DNA of 64,000 bases, from the NCBI GenBank assembly GCA_963842945.1, contig CAWJIM010000019.1, positions 288,001 through 352,000 on the forward strand, given 5' to 3'. The translations under genes and the position numbers were made by a program. A model generated the notes under the pieces. The model saw only the letters and a program-made list of their open reading frames with translations, did no database searches and was not told where the DNA came from. The stretch comes from an uncultured Gemmatimonadales bacterium. Its GTDB lineage: Bacteria > Gemmatimonadota > Gemmatimonadetes > Gemmatimonadales > GWC2-71-9. Positions 38,055 to 48,446 of this stretch are shown piece by piece; positions within the stretch are counted from its first letter, which is position 1, and each line of letters opens with the position of its first letter.

Positions 38055-39160
38055 CGATTGGAGCGCGCCTCGCCTACGTCTTCCTGCGATGCGGTAGCGG
38101 GGCGGCGCTCTACCAGCTTGGCCTGCACTGGGGCACCCTCGGCGAGACGCTCCTGCCCCCCGACCACCACCTGCTCGGTGGACTGCACACCGTTCCTGAC
38201 CTCGACAAAGCCCGGGGTACGGACGCCGAGCTCCACCTGGCGCCGAGTGGCCTTGCCATTGTTTACCACCCAGACGAAGCTGGACCCCTGCAGTGGCAGC
38301 ACCGCGTCTTCCGGAATTACTACCGCGCTGGGCCGAACGTCTGTAGCCAGCCGGGCTTCGATGAACATGCCCGACTGCAACTCCCGCCGCGGGTTAGGGA
38401 CCGCCGCCTTCACCATGATGGTGCGTCCCGGCAGTTTTACTACCGGATCCACGAAATCCACCTGCCCGCTGAACTCACGACCGGGAAGCGCCGCTACTCG
38501 GAAGCTTACCCGCTGTCCTTGTTTCAGCTTATCGGCGTAGCGCTCGGGCACTTGGAACGAGGCCCGCTGCGGAGTAACCGTCTGCAGGGTCACCAGTCGG
38601 GAATCGGTGTTCACGTAGTCGCCCAGGCTGACGAACCGCTGGCCAACGACACCGGCAAAAGGCGCGCGCACCAAGGTCCGCTCCAGCCTGACCCTGAGCC
38701 GCTCCAGCTGGGCTTCGTTGCTTCGCATCGTCGCTTCGGCCCGCTCCAGCTCGGCCTGCGAGGACGCCTTCTGGTTCAGCAGGTCCCGCGTACGAGTCAG
38801 CGACTGCCGGGCAAGGTCGCGCTCGGCGGTGACCTCAGCAACCTGGGCCTTCAGCTCCGCGTCGTCGATCTTGAACAGCGGCGTGCCCCGCGCCACCAGG
38901 GCCCCTTCCCGAACCAGGATCTGCACCAGCCGACCCTCCACATCGGGCCGGAGGTCGATCGACTGCATGGCCTCGATCTGCCCGGTAGCAAGAATGGCAT
39001 CCACCACCGTATCGGCTCGGGCGGCCGCGGCTTCGACCGGCATGGCCGGAGGGCCTCCAGCTGGTCCACCACCGCCTTCGGACGCTTTCCCCTCGGATTC
39101 TGCTCGATTGCAGCCCGCGAGCGCGGCGAGCATCAGCATTCCTAGATGAATGAGCTTCAC
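38051..39160 (-). CDS. RND efflux periplasmic adaptor (MFP) lipoprotein
   Basis: LAGC lipobox, VRAPFAGVV, SGMF and VIPEDAV. Confidence 0.93.
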   Translation of the reverse strand: MKLIHLGMLMLAALAGCNRAESEGKASEGGGGPAGGPPAMPVEAAAARADTVVDAILATGQIEAMQSIDLRPDVEGRLVQILVREGALVARGTPLFKIDDAELKAQVAEVTAERDLARQSLTRTRDLLNQKASSQAELERAEATMRSNEAQLERLRVRLERTLVRAPFAGVVGQRFVSLGDYVNTDSRLVTLQTVTPQRASFQVPERYADKLKQGQRVSFRVAALPGREFSGQVDFVDPVVKLPGRTIMVKAAVPNPRRELQSGMFIEARLATDVRPSAVVIPEDAVLPLQGSSFVWVVNNGKATRRQVELGVRTPGFVEVRNGVQSTEQVVVGGQERLAEGAPVQAKLVERRPATASQEDVGEARSNR

Positions 39161-40458
39161 GGAGCATCCTTGTTCGAGAAGAGACGGCGTCCGAGAATGG
39201 CTTCGAGCTGCGCCAGCGCCAGACGGGTCTGATACCGAGCCTGAACCAGCCCGGCTTCTGCCTCGGCCAGACTGACCTGGGCATCGAGCAGGTCGAGAAT
39301 CGTGCTGGCCCCGGACCGGTAGCGCAGCTCCTGCATCCGATAACTCTGCTGGGCCACAGTCACCGCCACACGGGCCAGCTCAACCGCGGCGGTGGCGGTC
39401 TCGTATGTGTCGTACGCGCTGGAGACGTCGCGCCGGACTGCGCGTTCGAGATCCTCCCGGATCGCTCGCGCCACATCCCGGTTGACCCGGGCTCGGCTGA
39501 CCTCGATCTCCCGTTTCCCGTTGTCCCAGAGCGGAAAGGAGAGGCTGAAAGAGACCGAGGTAATGTTGGAGGCCCCGGGAAAGAGCTGGGTGTCGTACCG
39601 CTGGTGCAGACCTCCGACGCTGAGGACCGGCAGATAGTCTCCTCGTTCTGCGCGGAGGGCTGCGTCGGCCGAGCTTTCGCTGGCCCGGGCGGCCCGATAC
39701 TGCGGCCCCTGGTCCAAACCAATTCTCACAGCATCGGCTAGAGAGATGGGAAGCGGCGGTGGTGCGGCGGCATCGGCCGGAACCGCGTCCACTGGCGTTG
39801 AGGCGCCGACCCGACGTCCCAACTCCAGTTGCGCGGTGCGCAGCGCATTGCGCTGCCGCAGGCCTTCGACTTGCGCCCGAATGAGCTCTAGCACCAGCTG
39901 AAGCGAGTCGGTTTGCACTGCGGCCCCGGATGTGACCCGGGCACGAGCGACAGCCAATCCCTGCCTGGCTCGCGTGACGCGTTCCTGGGTTACCCGGGTC
40001 AACTCCTGGTTGACCAGCACATCGTAGTAGCTCGATTCGGTCTCCAGAGCGGCTCGAAAACGCTGCTCCAGCTCACCAGCCTCGGCGCTGGCAAGATCCG
40101 CCTTGCTGCGGGAAACATCGGCGAACTTGCGCAGGCTGAAGATCTCGTAGTTGGCGCTGGCCCGACCCACCACCAGGGTACTGGTTGGATTGGCGGGATT
40201 GGCGGGATTGAAGAACTCCTGAGAGTACTTGGTCTCGTCGATGCCGAGGTCAATGGTGGGAACAAAGAACGCCAGCATCGCCGCCCGCCGCCCCCACTCC
40301 GCATTTTCGATCTGTCCCAGCGCCTGGACGTAGTCTGGATCCAGGCGAGTCGAGCGTCTCAGCGCCTCGGCCAGGGTGATGCGGGGCAGCGAATCGGTGA
40401 CAGGGATCGAGTCCTGATGACCCGGTGTGGCCTGGAGCGCCAGCAGCAGCAGCAGCAT
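39157..40458 (-). CDS. TolC-family outer-membrane efflux protein
   Basis: ITLAEAL, RYRSGASTILDLLDAQ and duplicated OEP halves. Confidence 0.9.
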   Translation of the reverse strand: MLLLLLALQATPGHQDSIPVTDSLPRITLAEALRRSTRLDPDYVQALGQIENAEWGRRAAMLAFFVPTIDLGIDETKYSQEFFNPANPANPTSTLVVGRASANYEIFSLRKFADVSRSKADLASAEAGELEQRFRAALETESSYYDVLVNQELTRVTQERVTRARQGLAVARARVTSGAAVQTDSLQLVLELIRAQVEGLRQRNALRTAQLELGRRVGASTPVDAVPADAAAPPPLPISLADAVRIGLDQGPQYRAARASESSADAALRAERGDYLPVLSVGGLHQRYDTQLFPGASNITSVSFSLSFPLWDNGKREIEVSRARVNRDVARAIREDLERAVRRDVSSAYDTYETATAAVELARVAVTVAQQSYRMQELRYRSGASTILDLLDAQVSLAEAEAGLVQARYQTRLALAQLEAILGRRLFSNKDAP

Positions 40459-43400
40459 CAGTCGGCCTCCGCCGGGGCCAGGACACTCTGCCGGGCGGTC
40501 CGCCGGCGGGCAGAGCGTTCCAGCAAGCCATCGAAGATCAGATACACCGCGGGCACGACATAGAGTGTGAGCAGAGTGGAGAAGATCAGACCTCCGACTA
40601 TGGCATATCCGAGGGGGCGCCGGCTGAGCGACCCCGCACCCAGTCCCAGTGCGATGGGCAGAGCGCCCATGACTGTGGCAACCGAGGTCATCAGGATAGG
40701 CCGGAGCCGGATTCTTCCGGCTTCCTGCACCGCGGCCAGGGCCGTCATCCCCCGCTCTTTCAACTGATTGATGTATTCGACCAGCAGAATCGAATTCTTG
40801 GAGACCAGGCCGATCAACAGGATCATGCCGATCTGGCTGTACACATTGAGGGTGGAGCCCGCCAGCTTGAGGGTGAACAGCGCGCCGGTAACAGCGAGGG
40901 GAACGGCCAGGAGCACGGTGAACGGGTGAATCAATGATTCGAACTGGCTGGCCAGGACCATGAACACGACGATCAGCGCCAGAAGGAAGGCGAAATAGAG
41001 AGCCGACCCGCTCTCCTCCAGCTCCCGCGATTCACCGGCCAGGGCGGTACTGCTTCCCTTGGGCAGCACCTCTTTCGCAATCCGGTTGAGCGAATCGAGT
41101 GCCTCGCCGAGGGTGAAGTTGGGCGCCAGGCTGGCAGTGAGGGTGGCCGACCGGACCCGATCGAAGTGGTTCAGCTCCCGGGGGCCGACCCCTTCCTGGA
41201 CGCTCGCCAGCGCCTCCAGCTTCACCAGTTCGCCGCCTCTACCTCTGACGTACAGACCGGTCATGTCGCTGGGTGTGGCCCGGGCGCGAGGGTCGAGTTG
41301 AACCATCACGTCGTACTGCTTGTTGGCCCGGGTGAATGTGCTCGTCTTGTTGCCGCCCAGCAGCACCTGCAACGTCGTGGCGACGTCCGCCACGGGAACA
41401 CCCAGATCTTCGGCCCGATCCCGGTCGAAGCTCACCGTGAGCTGCGGCTTGTTGACCCGAAGATCGCTGTCGACGTTGACCAGCCCGGCGATCTGACGCG
41501 CCCGCGCGAGCAAGGTGTCGTTGCCCTTGGCCAGCAGATCGAAATCGGGATGCTGAATGACGAAGTTCACCGGACTCCCCCACCCGAATGCGGGCGGGTT
41601 GTTCGCGAAGGCGAGCACTCCCGGGATAGCAAAGAACTGGGCCTGCACCTCGCCGATTATCTCCTGCACCGAACGGGTGCGGGTGGACCAGTCGTCGAGG
41701 TTGGTGAAAATGATTCCTCTGCTCACCCCGTCACCGATGTTGACAACGCTGAAGTAGCTCTCCACGCCTTTGGTCTTGGCCAGGATCGCCTCAGCTTGGC
41801 GCTGGTAGCTGTCGGTATAACCCAGGGAGGAGCCTTCGGGAGCGATGATGAAATTGAAGAACCAGCCCCGATCCTCCGGCGGAACGAACTCCCGTTTCAG
41901 TGAGCGAAAGACTAGAACGGCTCCAACTGTCACCACGCCCGCAAGGGTTACGACGGCCAGACGGTGCCGGAGCGCCACAGCGAGTGTGCGACCATATCCT
42001 GAGGCCAAACGGTTAAATCCGGTTTCCAGCAGCCCGTAGAGCCTTCCATGGCGCGGGGGCACTCGGAGGATCTTGGCGCACAGCATCGGAGTAAGAGTCA
42101 GGGCGACAAAGCCCGAGATGATGACCGCCCCCGCTACCGCGATCCCGAATTCGTTAAACAGCCGACCGGTAGACCCCTTCAAGAACGCCAACGGAGTGAA
42201 TACGGCCACCAGGGAGATCGTGGTGGCCAGCACCGCAAAGGCGATCTCCCGAGTTCCATTAGTCGCGGCCTCGATCGGGTTTTCGTGCAGCTCCTCCTGA
42301 TGACGATACGCGTTCTCCAGCACGATGATGGCATCGTCCACCACGATGCCGATGGCCAGGGTCAACGCCAGCAGGGTGAAGTTGTTGATCGAGAAGCCGA
42401 GGAAGTACATGATCGCGAATGCGGCGATGATGGATGTGGGAATGGCGAGACCAGGGATTATCGTGGCCCGCAAGTTTCGCAGAAACAGGAAGATGATGAC
42501 CACTACGAGCAACGCGGCGATTCCCAGTGTTTCTTCCGCCTCCTGGATGGAGCGCTTCACGAAAATCGACTGATCGAACGCCGTGTGGATCGACACCCCG
42601 GGCGGCAACGAAGCCTGGATCCGGGGAAGCTCGGAGCGAATTTCATCCGCAACCGAGATGATGTTGGCCTTCGACTGACGAATGACTCCGATTGCCACGG
42701 ATGGGGTGCCCTTGAACCGGAGAGTGCTGCGTTCATCCTCAGCGCCCAGCTCCACCCGGCCCACATCCTTGAGCTTGACCAGCACGCCATCGGTGTTGCT
42801 GACTACCAGATTCCCGAACTCATCGGGCGTCTTGAGCTCGCCCATCGAACGGACCGTGAACTCCCGTCGCTCCGACTCGATCCGGCCAGCAGGCACCTCC
42901 ACGTTGCGAGACCGGATGGCCTGCTGCACGTCCTGCACGGTGAGCCCTCGGGCGGCCAGCTCGGAAGCCGAGAGCCAGACCCGCATGGAGAAACGGCGCT
43001 CACCGAAGATGCGGGCTTGACCTACTCCGGGCAGGCTCTGCAGCCGGGCCTTGACCAGCCGATCTCCGATGTCACTGAGCTGGAGCAGATCGTAGTTTTC
43101 GCCCGAGAGCGCCAGCCAGAAGAAGGGCTGAGCATCCGCATCCTGCTTGGCCACCACCGGCTCCTCGACGTCCTCTGGAAGCCGCTCCCGGACCCGGGCC
43201 ACCTTGTCCCGCGTGTCCTGCGCGGCGGCCTCGACGTCCCGCTCGAGGTTGAACTCCAAGCTGATGTTACTGATGCCCTCGCCGCTGGAGCTGGTCAGGG
43301 TGCGGAGGCCCTCGACTGTGCTCAGCTCTTCTTCCAGGATATCGGTGACCGCTGACTCGACCACCTGTGGGTTGGCCCCGGGCAGCACCGTACTGACTGA

Positions 43401-43535
43401 AACGATGGGGGCGTCCACATCGGGAAACTCCCGGACGGCAAGCTGGGTATAGCCAATGACCCCGAACAGCACGAGAGCCAGGCTGAGCATGCTGGCCAGG
43501 ACGGGCCGCTGAATGGACAGGTCGGAAATTTTCAT
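40458..43535 (-). CDS. AcrB/AcrD/AcrF-family RND permease
   Basis: GIVVDDAIIVLEN, LTLTPMLC, KNSILLVE and RLRPILMTS. Confidence 0.95.
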   Translation of the reverse strand: MKISDLSIQRPVLASMLSLALVLFGVIGYTQLAVREFPDVDAPIVSVSTVLPGANPQVVESAVTDILEEELSTVEGLRTLTSSSGEGISNISLEFNLERDVEAAAQDTRDKVARVRERLPEDVEEPVVAKQDADAQPFFWLALSGENYDLLQLSDIGDRLVKARLQSLPGVGQARIFGERRFSMRVWLSASELAARGLTVQDVQQAIRSRNVEVPAGRIESERREFTVRSMGELKTPDEFGNLVVSNTDGVLVKLKDVGRVELGAEDERSTLRFKGTPSVAIGVIRQSKANIISVADEIRSELPRIQASLPPGVSIHTAFDQSIFVKRSIQEAEETLGIAALLVVVIIFLFLRNLRATIIPGLAIPTSIIAAFAIMYFLGFSINNFTLLALTLAIGIVVDDAIIVLENAYRHQEELHENPIEAATNGTREIAFAVLATTISLVAVFTPLAFLKGSTGRLFNEFGIAVAGAVIISGFVALTLTPMLCAKILRVPPRHGRLYGLLETGFNRLASGYGRTLAVALRHRLAVVTLAGVVTVGAVLVFRSLKREFVPPEDRGWFFNFIIAPEGSSLGYTDSYQRQAEAILAKTKGVESYFSVVNIGDGVSRGIIFTNLDDWSTRTRSVQEIIGEVQAQFFAIPGVLAFANNPPAFGWGSPVNFVIQHPDFDLLAKGNDTLLARARQIAGLVNVDSDLRVNKPQLTVSFDRDRAEDLGVPVADVATTLQVLLGGNKTSTFTRANKQYDVMVQLDPRARATPSDMTGLYVRGRGGELVKLEALASVQEGVGPRELNHFDRVRSATLTASLAPNFTLGEALDSLNRIAKEVLPKGSSTALAGESRELEESGSALYFAFLLALIVVFMVLASQFESLIHPFTVLLAVPLAVTGALFTLKLAGSTLNVYSQIGMILLIGLVSKNSILLVEYINQLKERGMTALAAVQEAGRIRLRPILMTSVATVMGALPIALGLGAGSLSRRPLGYAIVGGLIFSTLLTLYVVPAVYLIFDGLLERSARRRTARQSVLAPAEAD

Positions 43536-43742
43536 GAGTGAGTCCGGGTCACGGGTCTCGCGCTGAGCTTCTTACCGGATTTCTGTTGGCCGAAGTGGTG
43601 GACCGACAACTGGTAGTCGGTCGGGACCCTCGAAAATCGACCGAGAAGCACTACTACGGAGAAAGTGGAATCAAGATTCAACCTGAGACGGGGCGGGGGC
43701 GCCCCAGAGGCACTAGATTCGAGGGCGCCCAATCCATCTGCC

Positions 43743-44105
43743 ATGGCACATAAACTCTCAAGCCGCCAGCAAGCTCAACTAGCGTTTCTCGAGCGCTTGC
43801 CTCCGAAGTTCCAGCGGATGCATGGGATCATCGAGCAGATGGCCGGCCTCAAGGTGGACGAAACCATTCTGCGCGGATTCGGCCGCCTGTTGGACGAGAT
43901 CAAGGGCAACGCCCAAGCCTTGAGTCTCAATGGCATTGCCGAGACCGCCGGACTGATGGGCACCATGCTGCGGCGAGGTGGGGGATTGCAGTTTAGAGTG
44001 CGGGGACTGCGAGAGATGCTGGGGAGCCTCAAAACGAACTACGAGGGGGCCTTACGTGCCGCGACTACTCCCGAGGGCCCGGAAACCGGCGAGCCGGAGA
44101 CCTAA
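43743..44105 (+). CDS. Hpt-like helical protein lacking the phospho-His
   Basis: LLDEIKGNAQALSLNGIAETA aligns by eye to the Hpt consensus HxLKGxAxxLG, with Asp in place of His. Confidence 0.65.
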   Translation: MAHKLSSRQQAQLAFLERLPPKFQRMHGIIEQMAGLKVDETILRGFGRLLDEIKGNAQALSLNGIAETAGLMGTMLRRGGGLQFRVRGLREMLGSLKTNYEGALRAATTPEGPETGEPET

Positions 44106-44269
44106 ACGGAGCGCCGGGTCCGGCGGGCCAGCAGCCGATCGATCAGCGGGCCGCACATCAGCACGATCATGGAGGTAACCAGCCCGCCAATGAGCGCCGA
44201 AACGAAAGTCAGGGCCCCGAGAATCAGCGAGGCTCCAATGGTCGCAAGGAGGATGACCAGCCAGGACAT
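44102..44269 (-). CDS. 55-aa hydrophobic membrane protein
   Basis: GGAGG RBS. MSWLVILLATIGASLILGALTFVSALIGGLVTSMIVLMCGPLIDRLLARRTRRSV. Absent from the ORF track. Confidence 0.6.
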   Translation of the reverse strand: MSWLVILLATIGASLILGALTFVSALIGGLVTSMIVLMCGPLIDRLLARRTRRSV

Positions 44270-44376
44270 TTACGGGGACCTCCGGTTAGAGGCAGGAAGC
44301 AGAATGTGGCCAAGGTTAGTCGGTGGAGGTGCAGGGCCGCAAGCCAATCTTCTCACCCTCAGCTGATGGAATCACT

Positions 44377-45045
44377 ATGCCGTCCCTGATACTTCGAATC
44401 TTCCTTGGCGCAATGCTTCTGGTGACCAGCCGGGCGGCATCCCAGGCCACCGATACAGCGGCCGGCAAGAAGGGAGGCGCCATGCAGCCGGCGGCGCTGC
44501 CCCCGGGCTGGACTGCCCGGCCCGACGAGGGAGGCGATCCCGCTAAGATTCGATTCGTTACCATGGAACCGGGTTATCACCTGACGCTCGGGCCGGCCAC
44601 CATACTCTATCGGGCTGAGGATCTGGCCCAGGGGCCGTTCCATACGCTCGCGACGTTCCACCAAACGAAGAAGCCACGGCACCCCGAGGGCTACGGCCTC
44701 TTTGTCGGCGGGAAACAGCTGGATGGCAAGAATCAGACGTACACGTATTTCCTGGTTCGGGAGGACGGAGCCTACCTCATAAAGCAGAGGAAGGGAGACT
44801 CGACGTCGGAAGTGACCAAGGGGTGGAAGCCCAGTCCGGCAATCAAGAAGGCCGATGCTCAGGGCAAGGCTACCAACCTGCTGGAGATCGATGCCAAACA
44901 GGACTCGAAAAAAGTGGACTTCAAGGTCAACGGCCAGAGCGTGTACAGTGCGCCGGCCGACCAGATGGACCTCACCGGCATCGTAGGGCTCCGGGTCAAT
45001 CACACACTGGACGTTCACATCGAGGGATTTGCGGTTCACCAGTAA
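44377..45045 (+). CDS. Exported beta-sandwich (ConA/DUF1080-like) hypothetical protein
   Basis: Signal peptide and beta-rich sequence (YGLFVGG, FKVNG, GIVGLRVN). Confidence 0.6.
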   Translation: MPSLILRIFLGAMLLVTSRAASQATDTAAGKKGGAMQPAALPPGWTARPDEGGDPAKIRFVTMEPGYHLTLGPATILYRAEDLAQGPFHTLATFHQTKKPRHPEGYGLFVGGKQLDGKNQTYTYFLVREDGAYLIKQRKGDSTSEVTKGWKPSPAIKKADAQGKATNLLEIDAKQDSKKVDFKVNGQSVYSAPADQMDLTGIVGLRVNHTLDVHIEGFAVHQ

Positions 45046-45115
45046 TCCTTGAGTGGTAATTTCGCCCCAGCACATTGGCCCCGTGCCTGCAACCATCCGG
45101 CGACATCGGGATCAA

Positions 45116-45973
45116 ATGGCGGTCTGCGCCGCCATTTGCAGTGTCGCCTTTTCCTTTTCTGCGGTTCCGCTGAAAGCTCAGACGCAGGTCGGGGTCGACG
45201 TGGGACTCTTCAGCTCCTACGTCTGGCGCGGGGTGACCATGACCAACAAACCGGTCCTGCAGCCGGCCGCGTATTTGTCCATTCCCGTTGGGAATGCGTC
45301 GGTCACCCTGGGAGCCTGGTCCAACATCGATCTGGGTAAGTACGATGACCCTGCGGACGACATCTCGGAGAGCGGGGGAAGCTCGGGCTTCAACTTCTCC
45401 GAGATGGATCCATATGCCGAGCTGAGCTTCCCCGCTGGCAAGACCACCCTGACCGGCGGCGTGCTGGGATACGTCTATCCCAATTCTGATAGCGCTCCCA
45501 ATTCCTCTGGTGTCACCAGCGACGCCAACTCGGCGGAGATTTATGGCAAACTGGGTGTGGATGTCCCCTTGAGCCCGGAGCTTTCGGTCTACTATGACGT
45601 CAGCAAGGTCAACGGAGCGTACATCGAGGGAGCGCTGAGCTACTCCATGGTGGCAAGCGAAAACCTTTCGATGGAGCTGGGCGCCGTGGCGGGTTTCAAT
45701 GCGGGCCGCGGGGTTCCGGATGATCCGCTGTCCGACGAGATCTCGAACTACGAGGACGACGGATTCACCCATCTGGATTTGTCGGCTGGACTGCCCTTTG
45801 CGCTGGGCGCCGTCTCCATCGCCCCGGTGGTGCACTTTGTAGTAAACGGAGATGATCGCACCAAGACCACCTCACCTACGAACGTCGACGAAGACGTCAA
45901 GCTCTGGGGCGGGGTGTCACTCACCTGGTCCAGCACCCTGGGGCCCGAGTCTCCCCCCGATGACGGGAGCTGA
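45116..45973 (+). CDS. TorF-like putative outer-membrane porin
   Basis: Signal peptide, SSYVWRG, PVLQP, EMDPY and YVYP. Confidence 0.7.
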   Translation: MAVCAAICSVAFSFSAVPLKAQTQVGVDVGLFSSYVWRGVTMTNKPVLQPAAYLSIPVGNASVTLGAWSNIDLGKYDDPADDISESGGSSGFNFSEMDPYAELSFPAGKTTLTGGVLGYVYPNSDSAPNSSGVTSDANSAEIYGKLGVDVPLSPELSVYYDVSKVNGAYIEGALSYSMVASENLSMELGAVAGFNAGRGVPDDPLSDEISNYEDDGFTHLDLSAGLPFALGAVSIAPVVHFVVNGDDRTKTTSPTNVDEDVKLWGGVSLTWSSTLGPESPPDDGS

Positions 45974-45976
45974 CGA

Positions 45977-47329
45977 TCACAAGGCCTTCGACACCTCGCT
46001 AAAGCTGTCCTCCAGCCGGTTCAGCATCTCCTTCAAGAGCTCGACGGGAATTCCCAAGGCCGGCTCGACCCGGATGACCTTGGCGTTGGCGTAAGTCCCA
46101 GCTACCAGCACCCCGCGCTTGAACAACCCTGAGGCCACTTTCCACCCGATTTCCTGAGAGGGGAACTCCAGACCGATGAGCAAGCCCTTGCCGTGGGCCT
46201 CCTGGAGCACGCGGGGGTACTTCTGCTGGAGCCACCCGAGCTCTCGCAGCAGGAACTCGCCCTTTGTGGCTGCCTGGCCCGGGAGATCTTCCTCCAGGGT
46301 TACCTCGATGGCAGCCAGGCCAGCGGCGCAGGCCAGGGGGTTCCCCCCGAACGTGGTGGAGTGAATGATCGGATTGGGGATCATTACTTCCCAGATCTCT
46401 GCGGTGGAGATGAACGCCGAGAGCGGCATCACTCCACCACCGATGGACTTCCCGATGCACAAGATGTCGGGTACCACCTCCCAGTGGTCCACACCCCACA
46501 ACTTCCCCGTCCGTCCCATCCCGGTCTGGATCTCATCGGCGATGAGCAGAGCGCCGTAACGGGTGCAGAGCTCACGCGCTCGGGGGAAATACTCGGCCGG
46601 GGGAACGATGCCGCCGGCTTCTCCCTGCACCGGCTCGAGCACCAGGCCGGCGATCTGAACTCCTACCGACGCGCAGCGCTGGAATTCAGCCTCCAGCGCG
46701 TCCCCATCACCGTACGGCACGAAACGCACGTCCTGCAGGCCGGACTGGAAGGGCTCCCGGAACGAGGCCTTCCCCATAAGCGAGAGCGATCCCATGGATT
46801 TGCCATGAAATCCTCCGAGGGTGGAGATGAAAGTGTGGCGCCGGGTGTACAGGCGAGTCAGCTTGATGGCCCCTTCGATAGCATCGGTACCATTATTGAT
46901 GAAGAAGGAGTTCTGCAACTCGCCCGGGGTGATGGCGGACAGAACCTTGCCCAGGGCTGCCCGCCACGGCTCCAACAGCTCCTGACTGTTGAGCGCCATG
47001 CGCTGGATCTGGTCGGTAACGGCTTTGACGACCTTGGGATGATTGACGCCGGCGCTGAAGATGCCATAGCCGCCTAGGCAATCGATGTACTCCCGACCCA
47101 GCAGATCGCGCAGGATAGAGCCCTGTCCAGACCACTCAATGGCTGCGAACTGGCCGGCTTCGGTCACCGACTTGCGGTAGGTGACGAATCCGCGATTGTA
47201 GTACTTCTCGTAGCTGTCGACAGTCTCCGCGATGAAAGACTGCTGTTCTTGCACCGAAAGCTCCCGTCCCCCTATCAACTCGAGATAGCGCCGGGTCTGC
47301 TGCAACACTTGCTCGTTGGGTAGCCGCAA
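45977..47329 (-). CDS. patA: Putrescine aminotransferase (class III PLP)
   Basis: YRKSVT, YIDCLGGYG, EPVQGEAG, DEIQTGMGRTG and KSIGGG motifs, plus polyamine gene context. Confidence 0.85.
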   Translation of the reverse strand: MRLPNEQVLQQTRRYLELIGGRELSVQEQQSFIAETVDSYEKYYNRGFVTYRKSVTEAGQFAAIEWSGQGSILRDLLGREYIDCLGGYGIFSAGVNHPKVVKAVTDQIQRMALNSQELLEPWRAALGKVLSAITPGELQNSFFINNGTDAIEGAIKLTRLYTRRHTFISTLGGFHGKSMGSLSLMGKASFREPFQSGLQDVRFVPYGDGDALEAEFQRCASVGVQIAGLVLEPVQGEAGGIVPPAEYFPRARELCTRYGALLIADEIQTGMGRTGKLWGVDHWEVVPDILCIGKSIGGGVMPLSAFISTAEIWEVMIPNPIIHSTTFGGNPLACAAGLAAIEVTLEEDLPGQAATKGEFLLRELGWLQQKYPRVLQEAHGKGLLIGLEFPSQEIGWKVASGLFKRGVLVAGTYANAKVIRVEPALGIPVELLKEMLNRLEDSFSEVSKAL

Positions 47330-47339
47330 TGCCGCTCCT

Positions 47340-48446
47340 TCAGGCCGATTTGATCTCGGTCCAGATCTGATCCCAGGTCGCTGTCTCTCTGCCGAGATCC
47401 ACCGGGTACTCCAGCCGCTTGAGCTCCGCCTCGGTGGGATAGGGCACCGGCGGAACCAGCATCTCGGCCGCCGCCGCGTTGGGCGTCCCGTAGCCGGTGG
47501 CCCGGGAGATCGCCGCCCCCACCTCGGGCCGGAGGATGTAGTTCATCCACTCGTGTGCGGCCCGCTTGTTGGGTGAGCTCCGGGGGATGCACATCAAATC
47601 AGTCCAGATGGTACAACCCTCTTTCGGGACGACGTAGGCAAGGTTGGGCTGTTCGGCTCTGGCCTGCGCCGTGTCGCCGTTCCACAGCTGCGAGATCCAG
47701 ATGTCGCCCGAGATCAGCTGGGCCTTCACCGGGGCGGAGATGTACGCCCGAAGCTGTTTCTTGGCCGAAATCGCATCAGCCTTGGCTCGGGACAGCTCAT
47801 CCGGATTGCTAGAGTTGAGCGAATGCCCGCGATAGCGAAGCTGGGAGCCAATCACCTCACGCGCATCATCCATCATGGTCATCTTGCCGGCATACTGCGG
47901 ATCCTGGAATACGGCCCAGGTCTCGACCGGGCCCCTCACCTTGTCGGTCCGATACGCGATCCCGCTGGTCCCCCACTGCCACGGCACGGTGTACCGATTC
48001 TCCGGATCTGCCGGAATATTCTGAAAAATCGGAGACAGGTTCTTGGAGCTGGGCAGATAGCTGCGACGAAGTGGAGCAATCAGATTAGTGGCCACGAGCA
48101 CCGGCAGGATGTAGCCGCTGGGCACGATAATATCGTACCCGCTGGCACCCGCCTGAAGCTTGGCGACCATCTCCTCATTGCTTTCGTAGGTATCGTAGGT
48201 CACCCGAACGCCGAACTCTCGTTCGAAATTCGAAACGGTGTCTTCGGCGATGTAATCCGACCAGTTGTAGATGTGCAGCTCTTTTTCGAGCGGCGGCAGT
48301 TCGGCGGTGTCATTATCCGGCCTGCCCTCTCGCCGGCAGGCTTCCAGAATGCCACCAACCACAGGGAGGCTCAGGCCCGCGCTCAATCCCCGGAGCAGGA
48401 ACTTGCGGCGGCCGATCGAAGCTGCGGTCTCGTCAGGGCTGATCAT
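47340..48446 (-). CDS. potD: Spermidine/putrescine ABC substrate-binding protein (Tat-type leader)
   Basis: RRKFL leader, IYNWSDYI, YESNEEM and PWQWGTSGIAY. Confidence 0.9.
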   Translation of the reverse strand: MISPDETAASIGRRKFLLRGLSAGLSLPVVGGILEACRREGRPDNDTAELPPLEKELHIYNWSDYIAEDTVSNFEREFGVRVTYDTYESNEEMVAKLQAGASGYDIIVPSGYILPVLVATNLIAPLRRSYLPSSKNLSPIFQNIPADPENRYTVPWQWGTSGIAYRTDKVRGPVETWAVFQDPQYAGKMTMMDDAREVIGSQLRYRGHSLNSSNPDELSRAKADAISAKKQLRAYISAPVKAQLISGDIWISQLWNGDTAQARAEQPNLAYVVPKEGCTIWTDLMCIPRSSPNKRAAHEWMNYILRPEVGAAISRATGYGTPNAAAAEMLVPPVPYPTEAELKRLEYPVDLGRETATWDQIWTEIKSA

